Numbered from the stretch's first letter, positions 1 through 10,760 are shown. The stretch: DNA of 64,000 nucleotides from Candidatus Bathyarchaeota archaeon (GCA_963702095.1 OY969706.1:1376001-1440000); one strand, 5' to 3'. Made by a program: numbers and translations. Notes: generated by a model not told the origin, from the letters alone.

Positions 1-206
1 AGGCGTTGGCTGAGGCGCTGCCGAATCCCAAACTCAAGCTGGAGTGTGCGCAGTGGGCGAAAGCAAAGTTCATTCCCGCCATACTTGCCCTGTTTCCCAG
101 TGCCTTCAAATTCTACTATGAGGTGCCAGTAGTGCCTGTTTTGTCTTTGCAGGACTTCATCTGCCAACTGCCTATTCATCTGGAACATGTGAAGGTCCTC
201 AGTCAT
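1..206 (-). CDS. Hypothetical protein, 5' part only (runs off window start)
   Basis: ATG at 206 (minus), 12 nt after the permease stop; frame MTEDLHMFQMNRQLADEVLQRQNRHYWHLIVEF... stays open to base 1. Confidence 0.5.
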   Translation of the reverse strand, partial: MTEDLHMFQMNRQLADEVLQRQNRHYWHLIVEFEGTGKQGKYGGNELCFRPLRTLQLEFGIRQRLSQR

Positions 207-218
207 GCCTATGCGAAG

Positions 219-2090
219 TTATGATGTGATTTTTAGGATGGGTGTTTTGGAGAGTTTTACGGCTGGGTAGAGGCTTAAAAGAAACATCGCCGCTAAAGCG
301 GAAGCTAACCAAAGCCCAATCGTCAACATAGTCGTCGATGTAATCAAGGGATTTGCCATTAAAATCAGCAGGGTTATGATGACGCCGAAGGTAAGTCCGA
401 TAGATAGGCTTGAGAGGAGCACAATTAAGCTCTCAATTGCCGAAACGCGGACTATAACGTTTGGTTTAGCACCAACTGCACGGAGCATACCGAATTCTTG
501 GCGTTGCTCATCAAGCGTAAGCATCATGTAACTGACGAGGCAAAGTGCAGCCGACGCCAAGGTAACCAGGGGAATAAACATGATTGTTTGCCAAGTAGAA
601 CCCAAAAACGCCCTGTTTGCGTTGATAGTTGGGGATAGATCGAAAACTCGGAGAGCTGGATCAACTGATTCAACCACTTTTTCGATCTGTGCAAGAGAGG
701 CGCTGCGGTCCACTGAATCATTAAGAGTCACCAGAATCAGGTTTGGGCTGCCCACCCCCGTTGAGTTCATTAGTCTATCGAGTGGTACATAGGTGACATA
801 ACCGTTGTTTAGGGCGTCAATGCAGACCCCGACTATGCGGAAAAGGGAGTTTCCAACTTGTATGCGCTCCATTAATGGGTCGGATATGCTGATTTTTAGG
901 TTTTTGTCACGGTAATACATGGTTTGAGCAATAGAATCACCGACAACAGCTTCTAAAGTGTCGTTTCCGCTTAGGCTTCTGCCCTTACTTGAAAAATCCA
1001 CAGCCATTTCCTGGGGGTCTAGCCCAATTACCAGTGAGGTTCCTTCTCTTTCGCCGCCAATGGTGATGTTGGCTCCATCCATCAGTGTCCAGTTACTGAC
1101 CTCTTGGACCTTCTCATACAGAATCAACCGTGAATCAACAGAATCCACAAATCCAAGACCCTCAAGCCGCTCGGTAACTGCCCTTGGGATGGCAAGTTTG
1201 GGGTCTGAATAGTTAAAATCACCCGTTTGCTGTGCTCCTGTAAACTTGGACAACATCTGCTCATACTGCTCACCCATACTGCTGTAAGCAATGGCAATAG
1301 TGCCGGAGCTTGTCGTGTTTTCTATCCAGTTGGTTGTGGTGTCTTTGGCGATTATGCCTCCCGCAACCGAAACAGTAAGCAAAACAAACACTATCGATAA
1401 CAAAAACACAATCCGAAACGTCGGCGAGAGGCGTCGCCATAGGCTTCGGGTAGCAAGCCGCCAACTCAACGCCGTGTGCGAAAGAGCTTTTTGTTTGCCC
1501 TCCAATGCTGTGCCGAAGTAGTTTATGGGTGAAAGAGCCTCGACCGCTGACATTTTAGCTGCTTTTAGAAGTGGTTGCAACCCGAAAACCACTGATAAAA
1601 CGAAAAATACTCCAAAGACTATGGGACCAAACCACCAATTTGGCAAGGAATACCCCGAAAATACAATGTTTGCTGCCGCGAAATCCGCTAGAAAACCGAT
1701 AACAACGCCTAAAACGCAGCCAATTGCGGTGATTGTGAAGAGTTCTGCTAGGAAGTATCCTGCGCCGAGGCTGTTTGGGCATCCTGCAGCCTTGATTAAG
1801 CCGAAGTCGCGTGTCCGCTGTGCCATCATCAAAAACACGATAAAAGAGACGAGCACGGCGCCGACAACAAAAACCAACACGCCGATGAAGAGTATGAACT
1901 GGCTAAAGATGTTGCTTAACCCCAATGTCAACGTGTTTGTGGCTGATGCTATGCCCACACCTAATCGGCCGCTAAACAGTAGCAAAAACAACGTAGACGC
2001 AACGCATAACGTCAGTGTTGTGAGGGTTAAGCCTGTCTGAAGCTTTCTACGCATTAAATCGTTGATGGGGAAACCTGCGCCGCTACTCAT
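219..2090 (-). CDS. ABC transporter permease, FtsX/MacB-like (two FtsX domains)
   Basis: Two FtsX-type motifs (RTRDFGLIKAAG; QRQEFGMLRAVGA), many TM helices; overlaps the ATPase stop; ATG at 2090 preferred. Confidence 0.85.
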   Translation of the reverse strand: MSSGAGFPINDLMRRKLQTGLTLTTLTLCVASTLFLLLFSGRLGVGIASATNTLTLGLSNIFSQFILFIGVLVFVVGAVLVSFIVFLMMAQRTRDFGLIKAAGCPNSLGAGYFLAELFTITAIGCVLGVVIGFLADFAAANIVFSGYSLPNWWFGPIVFGVFFVLSVVFGLQPLLKAAKMSAVEALSPINYFGTALEGKQKALSHTALSWRLATRSLWRRLSPTFRIVFLLSIVFVLLTVSVAGGIIAKDTTTNWIENTTSSGTIAIAYSSMGEQYEQMLSKFTGAQQTGDFNYSDPKLAIPRAVTERLEGLGFVDSVDSRLILYEKVQEVSNWTLMDGANITIGGEREGTSLVIGLDPQEMAVDFSSKGRSLSGNDTLEAVVGDSIAQTMYYRDKNLKISISDPLMERIQVGNSLFRIVGVCIDALNNGYVTYVPLDRLMNSTGVGSPNLILVTLNDSVDRSASLAQIEKVVESVDPALRVFDLSPTINANRAFLGSTWQTIMFIPLVTLASAALCLVSYMMLTLDEQRQEFGMLRAVGAKPNVIVRVSAIESLIVLLSSLSIGLTFGVIITLLILMANPLITSTTMLTIGLWLASALAAMFLLSLYPAVKLSKTPILKITS

Positions 2091-2781
2091 AATCCGTCGC
2101 CAATCTACCATCTTTTAAGCAGAAAACGTGGTCTGCAAGCTCTCGAATTTGGAGGTCATGGGTGGAGACAACGACGGTTTTGCCTTTTTCTTTGAGAAGT
2201 TGGAGGACTTGGAGAATCTTTTCAGCGTTTCTTGTATCCAAGTTGCCGGTGGGTTCATCAGCCAAAATCAACTCCGGATCATTCGCTAACGCCCTGGCAA
2301 AGGCAACCCGCTGCTGCTCGCCGCCGCTTAGTTGAGAGGGAAAATGGGTTTCCCGATGTTCTAGACCTACGGTTTTTATGAGTTCAGCGACCCTGATTTC
2401 GATTTCTTCGGCTGGTTTTCTCTGCCACTCCATGGGAAACGCAACGTTCTCAGCTACTGTTAAGGTTGAGACGAGGTTGTAGGCTTGGAAGACAAAGCCC
2501 ACGTGGTTGCAGCGGAAGTCAGAGAGGAAGTCTTCGCCTTGGCCTGTTAAGTCTTGGTTGGCGACTACGATTTTTCCTTTGGTAGGGCGGTCGATGCCGC
2601 TGATTAGGTTTAGCAGGGTGGTTTTTCCGCTGCCTGATTCGCCGCATACTACGGCAAATTGGGCTTTGGGGATCTTGATGTTGATATTTTTGAGAACCGC
2701 CACTTTACCTTGGGCGACCACATAAGTTTTGTCTAGGTCTTCTGTGTAAACCATAAGGTCCCCTTTTTCATTTGTAGCCAC
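2083..2781 (-). CDS. ABC transporter ATP-binding protein (LolD/MacB-like)
   Basis: Walker A GESGSGKT, signature LSGGEQQRV, Walker B ILADEPTGNLD, H-loop STHD. Confidence 0.95.
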   Translation of the reverse strand: MATNEKGDLMVYTEDLDKTYVVAQGKVAVLKNINIKIPKAQFAVVCGESGSGKTTLLNLISGIDRPTKGKIVVANQDLTGQGEDFLSDFRCNHVGFVFQAYNLVSTLTVAENVAFPMEWQRKPAEEIEIRVAELIKTVGLEHRETHFPSQLSGGEQQRVAFARALANDPELILADEPTGNLDTRNAEKILQVLQLLKEKGKTVVVSTHDLQIRELADHVFCLKDGRLATDYE

Positions 2782-2858
2782 CGTTTCACCTGCAGGATAG
2801 TTTAGTTTACGGTGCCTTATAGGTAATAATAAGTTTGAGGTACACTCGTTTACTACGG

Positions 2859-3296
2859 CTACTCAATGTAGCAGGTGTCGATGTTTAGGTTGCCGCGGTC
2901 CCGCTTGAGGATGCGCACTTTCTCAGGCAGTTTACCTTTTTGCCAATCAGTCCAGCTGATTTCCTTAAACAGCCACCGCTTGCCCAAGTGTGCGGCTACG
3001 ACCGCGTGTTTTTTTTCGTTGCCTGAGGGGATGAATTGGTCGAGGAACTGAAAGAGTTTGTCGATTTGCGGTTTTGGGTAGTAGGCATAATACGTGGCGT
3101 TTTTGACTTCGAAAGCGTAGAGGTGTTGGCCTCTGCGTGCCATGATGTCGGGGAGTGGGTTGAGGCTGGGGTTGCTCACAGGGACGCGGACGGCGTTGTA
3201 CCCTTTTTTCTTGAGCAACTTGACGAGTACGGTTTCGCTGTAGAATCCTCTTTTGCGCCAACGCCTAAGTTTTATGCGGTCCTTTTCTGTGCTCAC
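2859..3296 (-). CDS. hjc: Archaeal Holliday junction resolvase (Hjc family)
   Basis: RKRG..E..L...L.K.GY.AVRVP.S....LPDIMA......AFEVK is the Hjc PD-(D/E)xK pattern. Confidence 0.8.
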   Translation of the reverse strand: MSTEKDRIKLRRWRKRGFYSETVLVKLLKKKGYNAVRVPVSNPSLNPLPDIMARRGQHLYAFEVKNATYYAYYPKPQIDKLFQFLDQFIPSGNEKKHAVVAAHLGKRWLFKEISWTDWQKGKLPEKVRILKRDRGNLNIDTCYIE

Positions 3297-4540
3297 TCTG
3301 TTGCCCTCGCGTGTTTGCTGTTATTTAAAGGATGGTTTGATTAAAAAATTGTTGCCTAAGGGGCGCGGAAAAGTTGGTTTGGGGGATGCTTCTGTATACA
3401 GCAACTTTTTTGCTGGTGGCATTAGAATGCGCTGGTGCACATAAACCGCCAAGTAAATACCAATACCACCAACACAACTGAGTATGGATTTGTCAACATT
3501 CAACATTTCAAAATATAGCTGCTATAGCCACGTCTAACAGCAACAAAAACCGCTCCAATCCAATGAACAAAAAACGACCTGCCCCATGCAAACAAAAAAC
3601 GATAACCTACAAAAACAAGCAAACTTTAGATACGCTACCGGAGCTCAACTCAAACACTACTTCAAGGCAAAACTAAACCAAACCCAACAAAGAAAACTAA
3701 AAATCACATACAGGCAAAACAACAACCACTCATTTTCAAAAAAACACCGCCCGTGAAAACTTCATAATTCGCCAAAGTTTTTCACTCCCCCGAAACTTGC
3801 CAAAAAATGGTCGAAAACCTCGAAGGGTAGACGAAAAAATCAGGGTTTTGCTTCGAATGGAGATTTTCAACAGTACTTATATGAGGCCCCGATATTCCCC
3901 ATGCCAAGCCCTCTAAGGTAGAGCAAATACCCCTTAACTGAAGCGATTTTGGGATAACGAGCCCTTTTTAAGGCACATAATTTTGATTTCCATGCAAATA
4001 TTTTGGCAGATTTTGGTTTGGTCGGGTTTCGGGGATAAACAACGGCATTTCGCACTCTTAACCTACAAAAGACCTCAATTCTTAGCTATTTTGGGCTAAA
4101 CTGCCTAACGATTAACCGTTGCTCCACCATTGCTTTGGCAGCAAGATACTTCCGCAAATCTCGACCGCCCCGACCCCGTTAACGCAGTTTCGCCAATGCC
4201 GAAATAACTTTGTCAATTTTGAACCTCCCTTGCGACACCACCCGGCTTTTATGCAAGGGCCCGTCATGAGGTACCGCCACCCCCCTCTTTTTAATCAAAA
4301 AACTGGGCTAATCGAATAAGCAAGCCTTTGACGCAACATGGGCGGTGTCTGGGCGGCAGAATTAACAGTTTAGGCTGGTGATGCCTAATCGCCTTACGCA
4401 AGTGTACCGTGAGCCTCCAAAGTAACCGTGTTAACAAGTGTGCTTTTGACTGTCGTCTACTGAATTGTTGTGTGCTTCACTGGCAGCAGGCGGATCAGTA
4501 ACCGAAAAGTAAGGCCGTATTAGCAGATCAAAATTTGGCT

Positions 4541-4676
4541 TTTTATTTTTCTAGTTTTAGATGAAGGCAGAGCGCCCCTTACTTTTCTTCTTCCAGTGGG
4601 CTTGGTAGGCGACTGTGTTTTGTTTTCTGTAACGGACTTGTTGCATGCTGGTTGTGGAACAAAACACAAGCAGAAC
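4541..4676 (-). repeat. Dispersed ~140-bp repeat, copy A
   Basis: Reverse complement GTTCTGCTTGTG..CCACAACCAGCATGCAAC..CAAAACACAGTCGCCT..GGAAGAAG..AAGGGGCGCTC..CTTCATCTAAAACTAGAAAAA aligns end-to-end with 44659-44800. Confidence 0.85.
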
Positions 4677-4974
4677 CAAGAACCTAGTCTCAATAGTAAA
4701 AACACTAAAACTTTTTTGATCAACCGACCTATAGCAGGAGACTGGTTTACAAAATTTTTTCGCTCTCTTGGACTCTTGTTCTCACCCTAATTCAAATTGC
4801 ATGGTATCGCTAGCTTTGAATGGGCGTTTCTGATAGCGCTTGACGTCCCCCAACTGCCTCTTATGCCCAGCCCTGTATGACCAAAAAACACTCGTGTGTG
4901 ATTCTTGTGGTTTGGGTATTATCAAAAAATCGTTCGTCACCAGAAGCAACCAGCAGTTTAAAAATAAACTCAGC

Positions 4975-5133
4975 CTATGTTGGCATGCTCGACAGCGGAG
5001 AGATAACTTCGCGCCGATGCACTTGGCGAAGGTGCCGATCATGTTCCTCTAAGGTGTCAAAGAGTAAACCGCAGTCTCGGCACCGATATTTCCCCTCAGA
5101 AGTCACCTCAGCCGCATCTTCATAGTCAGACAA
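4975..5133 (-). CDS. Small C2H2-type zinc-finger protein (~52 aa)
   Basis: YRCRDCGLLFDTLEEHDRHLRQVH (CxxC..HxxxxH); TTG start at 5133 inferred. Confidence 0.7.
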   Translation of the reverse strand: MSDYEDAAEVTSEGKYRCRDCGLLFDTLEEHDRHLRQVHRREVISPLSSMPT

Positions 5134-5372
5134 CGCATTCTCTAATGATTCGTTTAGAACCTCTTGGCAACCACCGCCGGATTGTTTTTTTGAATGCACC
5201 CTAAAAGTCACCTCTAAAAAACACGCGCACCTATTGAGTAGGGAAAACATGTGCTTTAAAGGGTGTGTGAGTGGCATAGCACAGCAACAATTGGTATACA
5301 AAAGCATCACCAAAACACAGTCCTCGAAAGCTTTTTCTGCAAACCCCACCTTTAAACAGAAGAGGGACAAAT

Positions 5373-5787
5373 ATGGCAGGCTTTAAAGTTGTAAACAAAA
5401 CCATAACCATCCATAGCAGAAGGCCCGATTGATTTTATTGATCTCTCAGACAAAACCCAAGAAGCAGTCACTGCCTCAGGAATAAAAAACGGCGTCGTCC
5501 ACGTGTTTGCTCCTCACGCAACAGGCGTTTTGATTCTAACAGAAAATGACCCTGCCCTCCTTGAGGACATCAAGGTTTTCCTCGAAAAAGTGGTGCCTAA
5601 GCAGGGTGATTACCAGCATCCGTCAAACGCACATGCCCATTTACGTTCGATGCTTCTGCCGCCGGATAGGTCCCTGCCTGTGGTCGATGGACAGGTGGCG
5701 TTTGGAACCTGGCAGTCACTGCTCTTTGTCGAAACCGACGTTTACCCGCGGGAGCGGACAGTGATCATTCAGGTCATGGGTGAATAG
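5373..5787 (+). CDS. YjbQ/UPF0047 family protein (secondary thiamine-phosphate synthase); apparent frameshift near 5420
   Basis: HVFAPHATG..ENDP..NAHAHLRS..GTWQS motifs; N-terminus MAGFKVVNKTITIHS is in another frame and joins PIDFIDLSD after removing 1 nt. Confidence 0.85.
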
Positions 5788-6137
5788 GTGCACTGCCGTT
5801 TATGGCTGTTTTTCGTTTTTCGATAGGCTAAAAACCTTGTTCTTCATAGAAATTTAGCATTTAAGCGCCAATAAGCCGAGGCGCAACTGATTTTTTTAAC
5901 TGTTTATTGTAAAAAATAACCATTCGCTACTCTTTCGGACAAGCACTACTTACTTCAAACGAGCGAACAACATAAAAAATGCTCTGAAAAGAAAAATAGG
6001 ACCCCAAAAAACCGAAATCCGCACATTTCAGGGAAAAAAACGGTTCCCGCACTCATGTAGATAGCCTATAGAGGGAAAAAAACGGTTTTTAGCCAGCAGA
6101 CACCAAGGGTATTTAAGCTTCGCCTGCTTTCGAGCGC

Positions 6138-6875
6138 TCAGCGTCGGTTCTCTGTCTTGATTCTCTTGCTGGCGCTTTTTGAACGCATCCGAGCCTTCTT
6201 CTTAGCGTCAGTTAGCATCGATGGCTTCTCAGCCAACGCATCAGGGTCAGCTTCTCCTGTGGGCAATTCATCCTCCAACTCTGGGAAATCCGCTTCAGTA
6301 GCTTGCACAGCGCCGCTCTTGGCCATTGCAGCAAAGGCGCGGTCTACATCTCCAGGGTTAACGTTGATGCCCATTGTTGCGTCAGTCAAGACTACTGTTT
6401 CAAAACCCAGTTTGCAGGCATCCAAAACAGTGTTAACTACGCAGTAGTCCGTGGCTAATCCCCCAACAAAGAGCCGTTTGACTCCGAGTTGCCGCAGTTC
6501 ACTGTCGAGGTTTGTGCTATCAAACGCCGAGTACGCTTCTTTTTTGGGGTCCGTTGCTTTGGAGATGACAACTGTGTGATCGGGAAGTTTGAGGTCGGGA
6601 CTGAATTTTGCGCCCTCTGTCCCTTGTACGCAGTGGGCTGGCCAAGGTCCCCCTTGGGTTTTGAAGGACATGTGGTTGGCGGGGTGCCAGTCGCGTGAGG
6701 CGATGATATGGGCAGGGGCGTTTTCAAATCGTGTGATGTAGTTGTTTATGACGGGGATTATTTCGTCTCCGCCTTCAACGGGTAAGGCGCCTCCTGGTAA
6801 AAAGTCAATTTGGATGTCGGTTATTAGGAGGGCGTCTTGGTTTGTTAGGTTGTAGGTTTTGCTCAAACACGTCAC
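6138..6875 (-). CDS. pncA: Nicotinamidase/pyrazinamidase (isochorismatase family)
   Basis: DIQIDFLPGGAL, DWHP..H, WPAHCVQGT, K..YSAF, GLATDYCV. Confidence 0.92.
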   Translation of the reverse strand: MTCLSKTYNLTNQDALLITDIQIDFLPGGALPVEGGDEIIPVINNYITRFENAPAHIIASRDWHPANHMSFKTQGGPWPAHCVQGTEGAKFSPDLKLPDHTVVISKATDPKKEAYSAFDSTNLDSELRQLGVKRLFVGGLATDYCVVNTVLDACKLGFETVVLTDATMGINVNPGDVDRAFAAMAKSGAVQATEADFPELEDELPTGEADPDALAEKPSMLTDAKKKARMRSKSASKRIKTENRR

Positions 6876-7650
6876 CTTATTGATTTATCTGGTTTGGCTT
6901 GAAAAACAATAGAATAGAGATGGGAGCTGTGGGATAAACTTTTGCACGCGGCATCCCCGGAAAAAGTTGTTGTTCGAGGGACAACCGAACCTATGCAGGG
7001 GGAATTGCCGCAAACCACCTAATCCCACCAGCCGCTAAGCAATGTTTTTAACTTTTTAGTGTAAAAAGTGGCCATTCGACGATTTTTCGGACCCACAGCC
7101 ACACTTAGGCACTCAAAAGAGAAACCTTTGACGCCCAAACACGCTACCGCCAACCAGAACAGCAGACTTTTAGGGCGCCGAAGCCAAATGAAAAACATCG
7201 TCAACTGCATCACAACCCTTTGCATAGGCAACGAGTGTAAAAAAGAACATGTGGCAATCATAAAACCGTGTAACTGGCATTCATTATCGCCAAAAATCGC
7301 TCGCTGAATCCTGAAAAACGCATCTCGCCGCTTGTTTTTTTAGCTTCACAGTAGCAAGGACAGGCTTTTTGTGATACACTACGCTTGAAAGGCGGAGGGT
7401 TTTTCCACTGGACTGCTTTAGCGACTGAAAGCAGTGACGGTTGGCGGCATGTATATTTAACCTTCGGTGTACTTCGAATAACTTCGCCGTCGGCGGCTGT
7501 TTTAGGGGTTGGGGCTTAAAAAAGCGTGTTGGGCGATGCTTTGTATACGAGCGGAAAAAAGAAGGCTGAAATTGAAATAACCGCCAAAAAAGCGTTATTT
7601 ACTTGCCCTAATAAAACAGAATATTTGAAAGAAGTGAATTAGGAAGAAAT

Positions 7651-7854
7651 TTATTGTTTTTCTTCTTCTTTGATTGTGCATTGAAGCTTTTTTATGATTT
7701 CATCAGCTCTTAACGTCTCAATCTTGAGTGTATAGAGTTGGCCGGGAGCGCGAAGCTTTAGTTTCACGCCGTCTTTTAGCCTTTTAACTTGACATTCTTT
7801 GGCTTTAGCACTCATTGATACAAACTTTTCAACATCAGTAATTTCAGATGGCAT
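7651..7854 (-). CDS. rpl38e: 50S ribosomal protein eL38 (L38e)
   Basis: MP.EI.D..KF...AKEC.VK...VKLKLR...LYTLK pattern of eL38. Confidence 0.8.
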   Translation of the reverse strand: MPSEITDVEKFVSMSAKAKECQVKRLKDGVKLKLRAPGQLYTLKIETLRADEIIKKLQCTIKEEEKQ

Positions 7855-7999
7855 ATCCGTGTCCTCTGTTATGGTTCGCTGTGAAGATAACGCGCCAAGT
7901 TTTTATCTGTTTTGGTTCAACACACCTTATATCCAATCAAACCCTATAGTACCTATCACCGAGCCTCAAATGGTTGGACTGTGGAGAAAAAAACAGCCC

Positions 8000-9223
8000 A
8001 TGAAACGCATCTACATCCTCACAGCAGCACTCATAGTGATTTTAGCGGTTTCCACAGCTACTTTTTTGGTTTCCTACACTCCAAGCGGCGGCACCACCGT
8101 AAAAGACCCAGTGTATGTAGGCATCGCTTTTGGCGGCAACACCACCCAACAAGCCAAACTCCTCATCGACAGAACCGAAAATTACACGAACCTCTTCATA
8201 CTGGACTGCGGCATAAACGCTATAAGCCTAAACCGGTCCGCGGTAGAAGAAATCTGCCAGTACGCCACTGATGCTGGGTTGAATATCATCGTTAACTTGG
8301 GAACCTACACTCGGCAGAACTGGGCTTGGCAGAACCAGCTTTTCTTAGACATCAAAAGCCAGTATGGCGACAAGTTCTTGGGCGCATACTATGATGATGA
8401 ACCTGCAGGGGTTCCTCTGGATTGGAATTGGACAAGGGAATTCGCTGTTAATCCAACGCCTTTTGGACCTAACTTTACCGTTCCAATTGAAAACAAGATC
8501 CAAACAGCAATCCAGACGGGCAAGAACCCCGACGACTACTCAATTGAGGCGCAATGGTTCAACGAGTTTTTGACCGAAAACCGGGGACACCAGGACCTGA
8601 TTGCGGATAACATCACCACCTTTACCTCTGACTACGCGCTGTACTGGTATGATTACACAGGCGGATACGACACGTTGTTTGCACAGTTAGGCTGGAACGC
8701 CAGCGTTAACCAGCAAATTTCTCTTGTCCGCGGCGCAGCCCAACTTCAGAACAAGGATTGGGGAACCATAATCACTTGGAAATACATGCAGCCGCCCTAC
8801 ATAGACACCGCCGACAACATCTACGATCAAATGGTAACCTCCTACAATGCAGGAGCCAAATACATAACCATCTTCGACTACCCATACAACGTAAGCGGCA
8901 ACCCCTATGGCATATTGACCGACGAGCATTTTCAAGCCTTGGAGCGCTTCTGGAACCAAGTCGCAACTAAAGCGACCCCTAATTCAGCATCGGCGCAGGC
9001 TGCATTGGTTTTGCCGAAGGATTACGGTTCAGGTTTGAGAAGCGCCACCGACAAGATATGGGGTGTTTGGGGTCCAGATGACAAATCTGCTCCATGCTAC
9101 AACAACATGGAGAAGCTTTTGGAGCTGTATGGCTTGCATTTGGATATTGTTTACGATGACCCAGCTTACCCTTTGCAGGGCAATTACAGCAGAGTTTACT
9201 ATTGGAACCAAACCATCACTTGA
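8000..9223 (+). CDS. Membrane-anchored/secreted hypothetical protein, possible glycoside-hydrolase-like barrel
   Basis: N-terminal hydrophobic helix from ATG 8000; FLGAYYDDEPAG motif; W/Y rich. The ORF-track start at 7799 overlaps rpl38e. Confidence 0.65.
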   Translation: MKRIYILTAALIVILAVSTATFLVSYTPSGGTTVKDPVYVGIAFGGNTTQQAKLLIDRTENYTNLFILDCGINAISLNRSAVEEICQYATDAGLNIIVNLGTYTRQNWAWQNQLFLDIKSQYGDKFLGAYYDDEPAGVPLDWNWTREFAVNPTPFGPNFTVPIENKIQTAIQTGKNPDDYSIEAQWFNEFLTENRGHQDLIADNITTFTSDYALYWYDYTGGYDTLFAQLGWNASVNQQISLVRGAAQLQNKDWGTIITWKYMQPPYIDTADNIYDQMVTSYNAGAKYITIFDYPYNVSGNPYGILTDEHFQALERFWNQVATKATPNSASAQAALVLPKDYGSGLRSATDKIWGVWGPDDKSAPCYNNMEKLLELYGLHLDIVYDDPAYPLQGNYSRVYYWNQTIT

Positions 9224-9250
9224 GAGGACCAAAAGAAAAAGGGTTCAGGA

Positions 9251-9451
9251 CTAGGTTTTCTTTGAGCGAATACCGAGTTTGAGGTTAACTTCCACGGTAT
9301 ATTCCTTTTCTGATTTTCCAACCGCGAAGTTCCAGTCTTTAACTTCCACTTCCATGTCTTTGAATTGGTTTAGAATCGCGTCTTTATAGTCCTGTGCGGT
9401 TTCGCCTATTTTCTGTAACTTCTCTGTTATGTTAATCGATGTTTCAGGCAT
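9251..9451 (-). CDS. Small hypothetical protein (66 aa)
   Basis: ATG preceded by GGAGGTGG; natural composition. Confidence 0.7.
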   Translation of the reverse strand: MPETSINITEKLQKIGETAQDYKDAILNQFKDMEVEVKDWNFAVGKSEKEYTVEVNLKLGIRSKKT

Positions 9452-9605
9452 GCATCCACCTCCTAGAAGATGGCTTTTACACTATAGGCATGTGAGCTTT
9501 AACTGCTTTTAACTATATGTGGTTGTGCAAAGACAACAGCAACACTATCTACCGAATAATGCAACTTATATCTGTGAATTCCCTTAAAAGATTGGAAGAC
9601 TCTTT

Positions 9606-10760
9606 TTGACAACCTATAAAGTAGGCATTTCAGGTTCTTACGGCGGATTAAACCTCGGCGACGAAGCCATCCTCCAAAGCATTATCATGCAACTACGTGC
9701 TTCCCTCGATGTTGAAATCACTGTTTTCACTCGCAACGCCCAAGATACCATTGCAAGACATTGTGTTGAACACGTCGTGGAAGTCAGAAACCTTACAAAG
9801 ATGGAAATTACCCCCGAAATCGACAAGCTAAACTTATTCATCTTGGGTGGGGGCGGAATCTTTTTTGATAAAGAAGCAGAAATTTTCCTGCGGGAGCTCG
9901 AAATCGCTCAACAAAACGACGTAGCCTCCATGGTATACGCTGTAGGTGCTGGGCCCCTTTTCAATGAAAGTTCCCGTAAGAGAGTCAAAGAAGTCCTAAA
10001 CAACACCGATGTTATTACCGTGAGGGAGCGGGAAGCGAAAAAAATTTTTGAGGATATAGGCGTTGACAACCAAATCTTGATTACCGCTGATCCAGCTTTC
10101 CTTTTAAAGCCAGAGCCGCTACCCGAAAACGCCTTGGAAATGGAGCAGGCACATGGCGAACGCCCATTGGTAGGGATTTCTGTACGTGAACCAGGTCCCG
10201 CAGCTCCCGATATCGACCCAAACTTTTACCATTCCCTGTTAGCTAACGCCGCCGACTTCATAATCAGCCGCTTAGATGCTGATGTAATTTTTGTGCCGAT
10301 GGAGCGTCAGGTCCTTGATGTCCAGCACTCTCATTCCGTCATTTCAAAGATGCTTCAGCCTCAGCATGCTTGGGTTATAAAAGGCGACTATTCAGCGGGT
10401 CAGTTGCTTACGTTCGTCAAATATTTCGAATTTACTATTGGTATGCGGCTGCATTTCTTGATTTTCTCGGCGTTGCAAGGGGTGCCGTTTGTGGCTTTGC
10501 CCTATGCCTCTAAAGTCAGTGGATTACTAGATGACCTGCAGGTGCCTATGCCGCCGTTGAACCGCGTGGATTCAGGTTTAATTAACGCCTACATCGACAA
10601 AGCATGGGATAACCGCAATAAAACTAAAAACCAAATCAAAAAAATATTGCCCCCCCTAAAGGCGTTAGCAGCTGAAAACAACCGTTTAGCCGTAGATTTG
10701 CTCACTGGCAGACGGTCCGAGAGTGCACCGCTACCTGAAACTGCCGCTGAAATAAGGTGA
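9606..10760 (+). CDS. Polysaccharide pyruvyl transferase family protein (CsaB/WcaK-like)
   Basis: GSYGGLNLGDEAIL, GGGGIF, ITVRE, TADPAFLL, IGMRLHFLI. Confidence 0.88.
   Translation: MTTYKVGISGSYGGLNLGDEAILQSIIMQLRASLDVEITVFTRNAQDTIARHCVEHVVEVRNLTKMEITPEIDKLNLFILGGGGIFFDKEAEIFLRELEIAQQNDVASMVYAVGAGPLFNESSRKRVKEVLNNTDVITVREREAKKIFEDIGVDNQILITADPAFLLKPEPLPENALEMEQAHGERPLVGISVREPGPAAPDIDPNFYHSLLANAADFIISRLDADVIFVPMERQVLDVQHSHSVISKMLQPQHAWVIKGDYSAGQLLTFVKYFEFTIGMRLHFLIFSALQGVPFVALPYASKVSGLLDDLQVPMPPLNRVDSGLINAYIDKAWDNRNKTKNQIKKILPPLKALAAENNRLAVDLLTGRRSESAPLPETAAEIR

Noticed and set aside
6-224. 72-aa + strand ORF at the window start
   Set aside because: Likely shadow of a minus-strand gene starting at 206 that follows the ABC permease.
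7398-7413. ORB-like TCCAGTGGAAA on the minus strand suggesting a replication origin
   Set aside because: Single copy, no G-string and no cdc6/orc1 gene nearby.
7799-7999. N-terminal extension of the 474-aa ORF
   Set aside because: Overlaps rpl38e on the opposite strand; the signal-like helix begins at ATG 8000.
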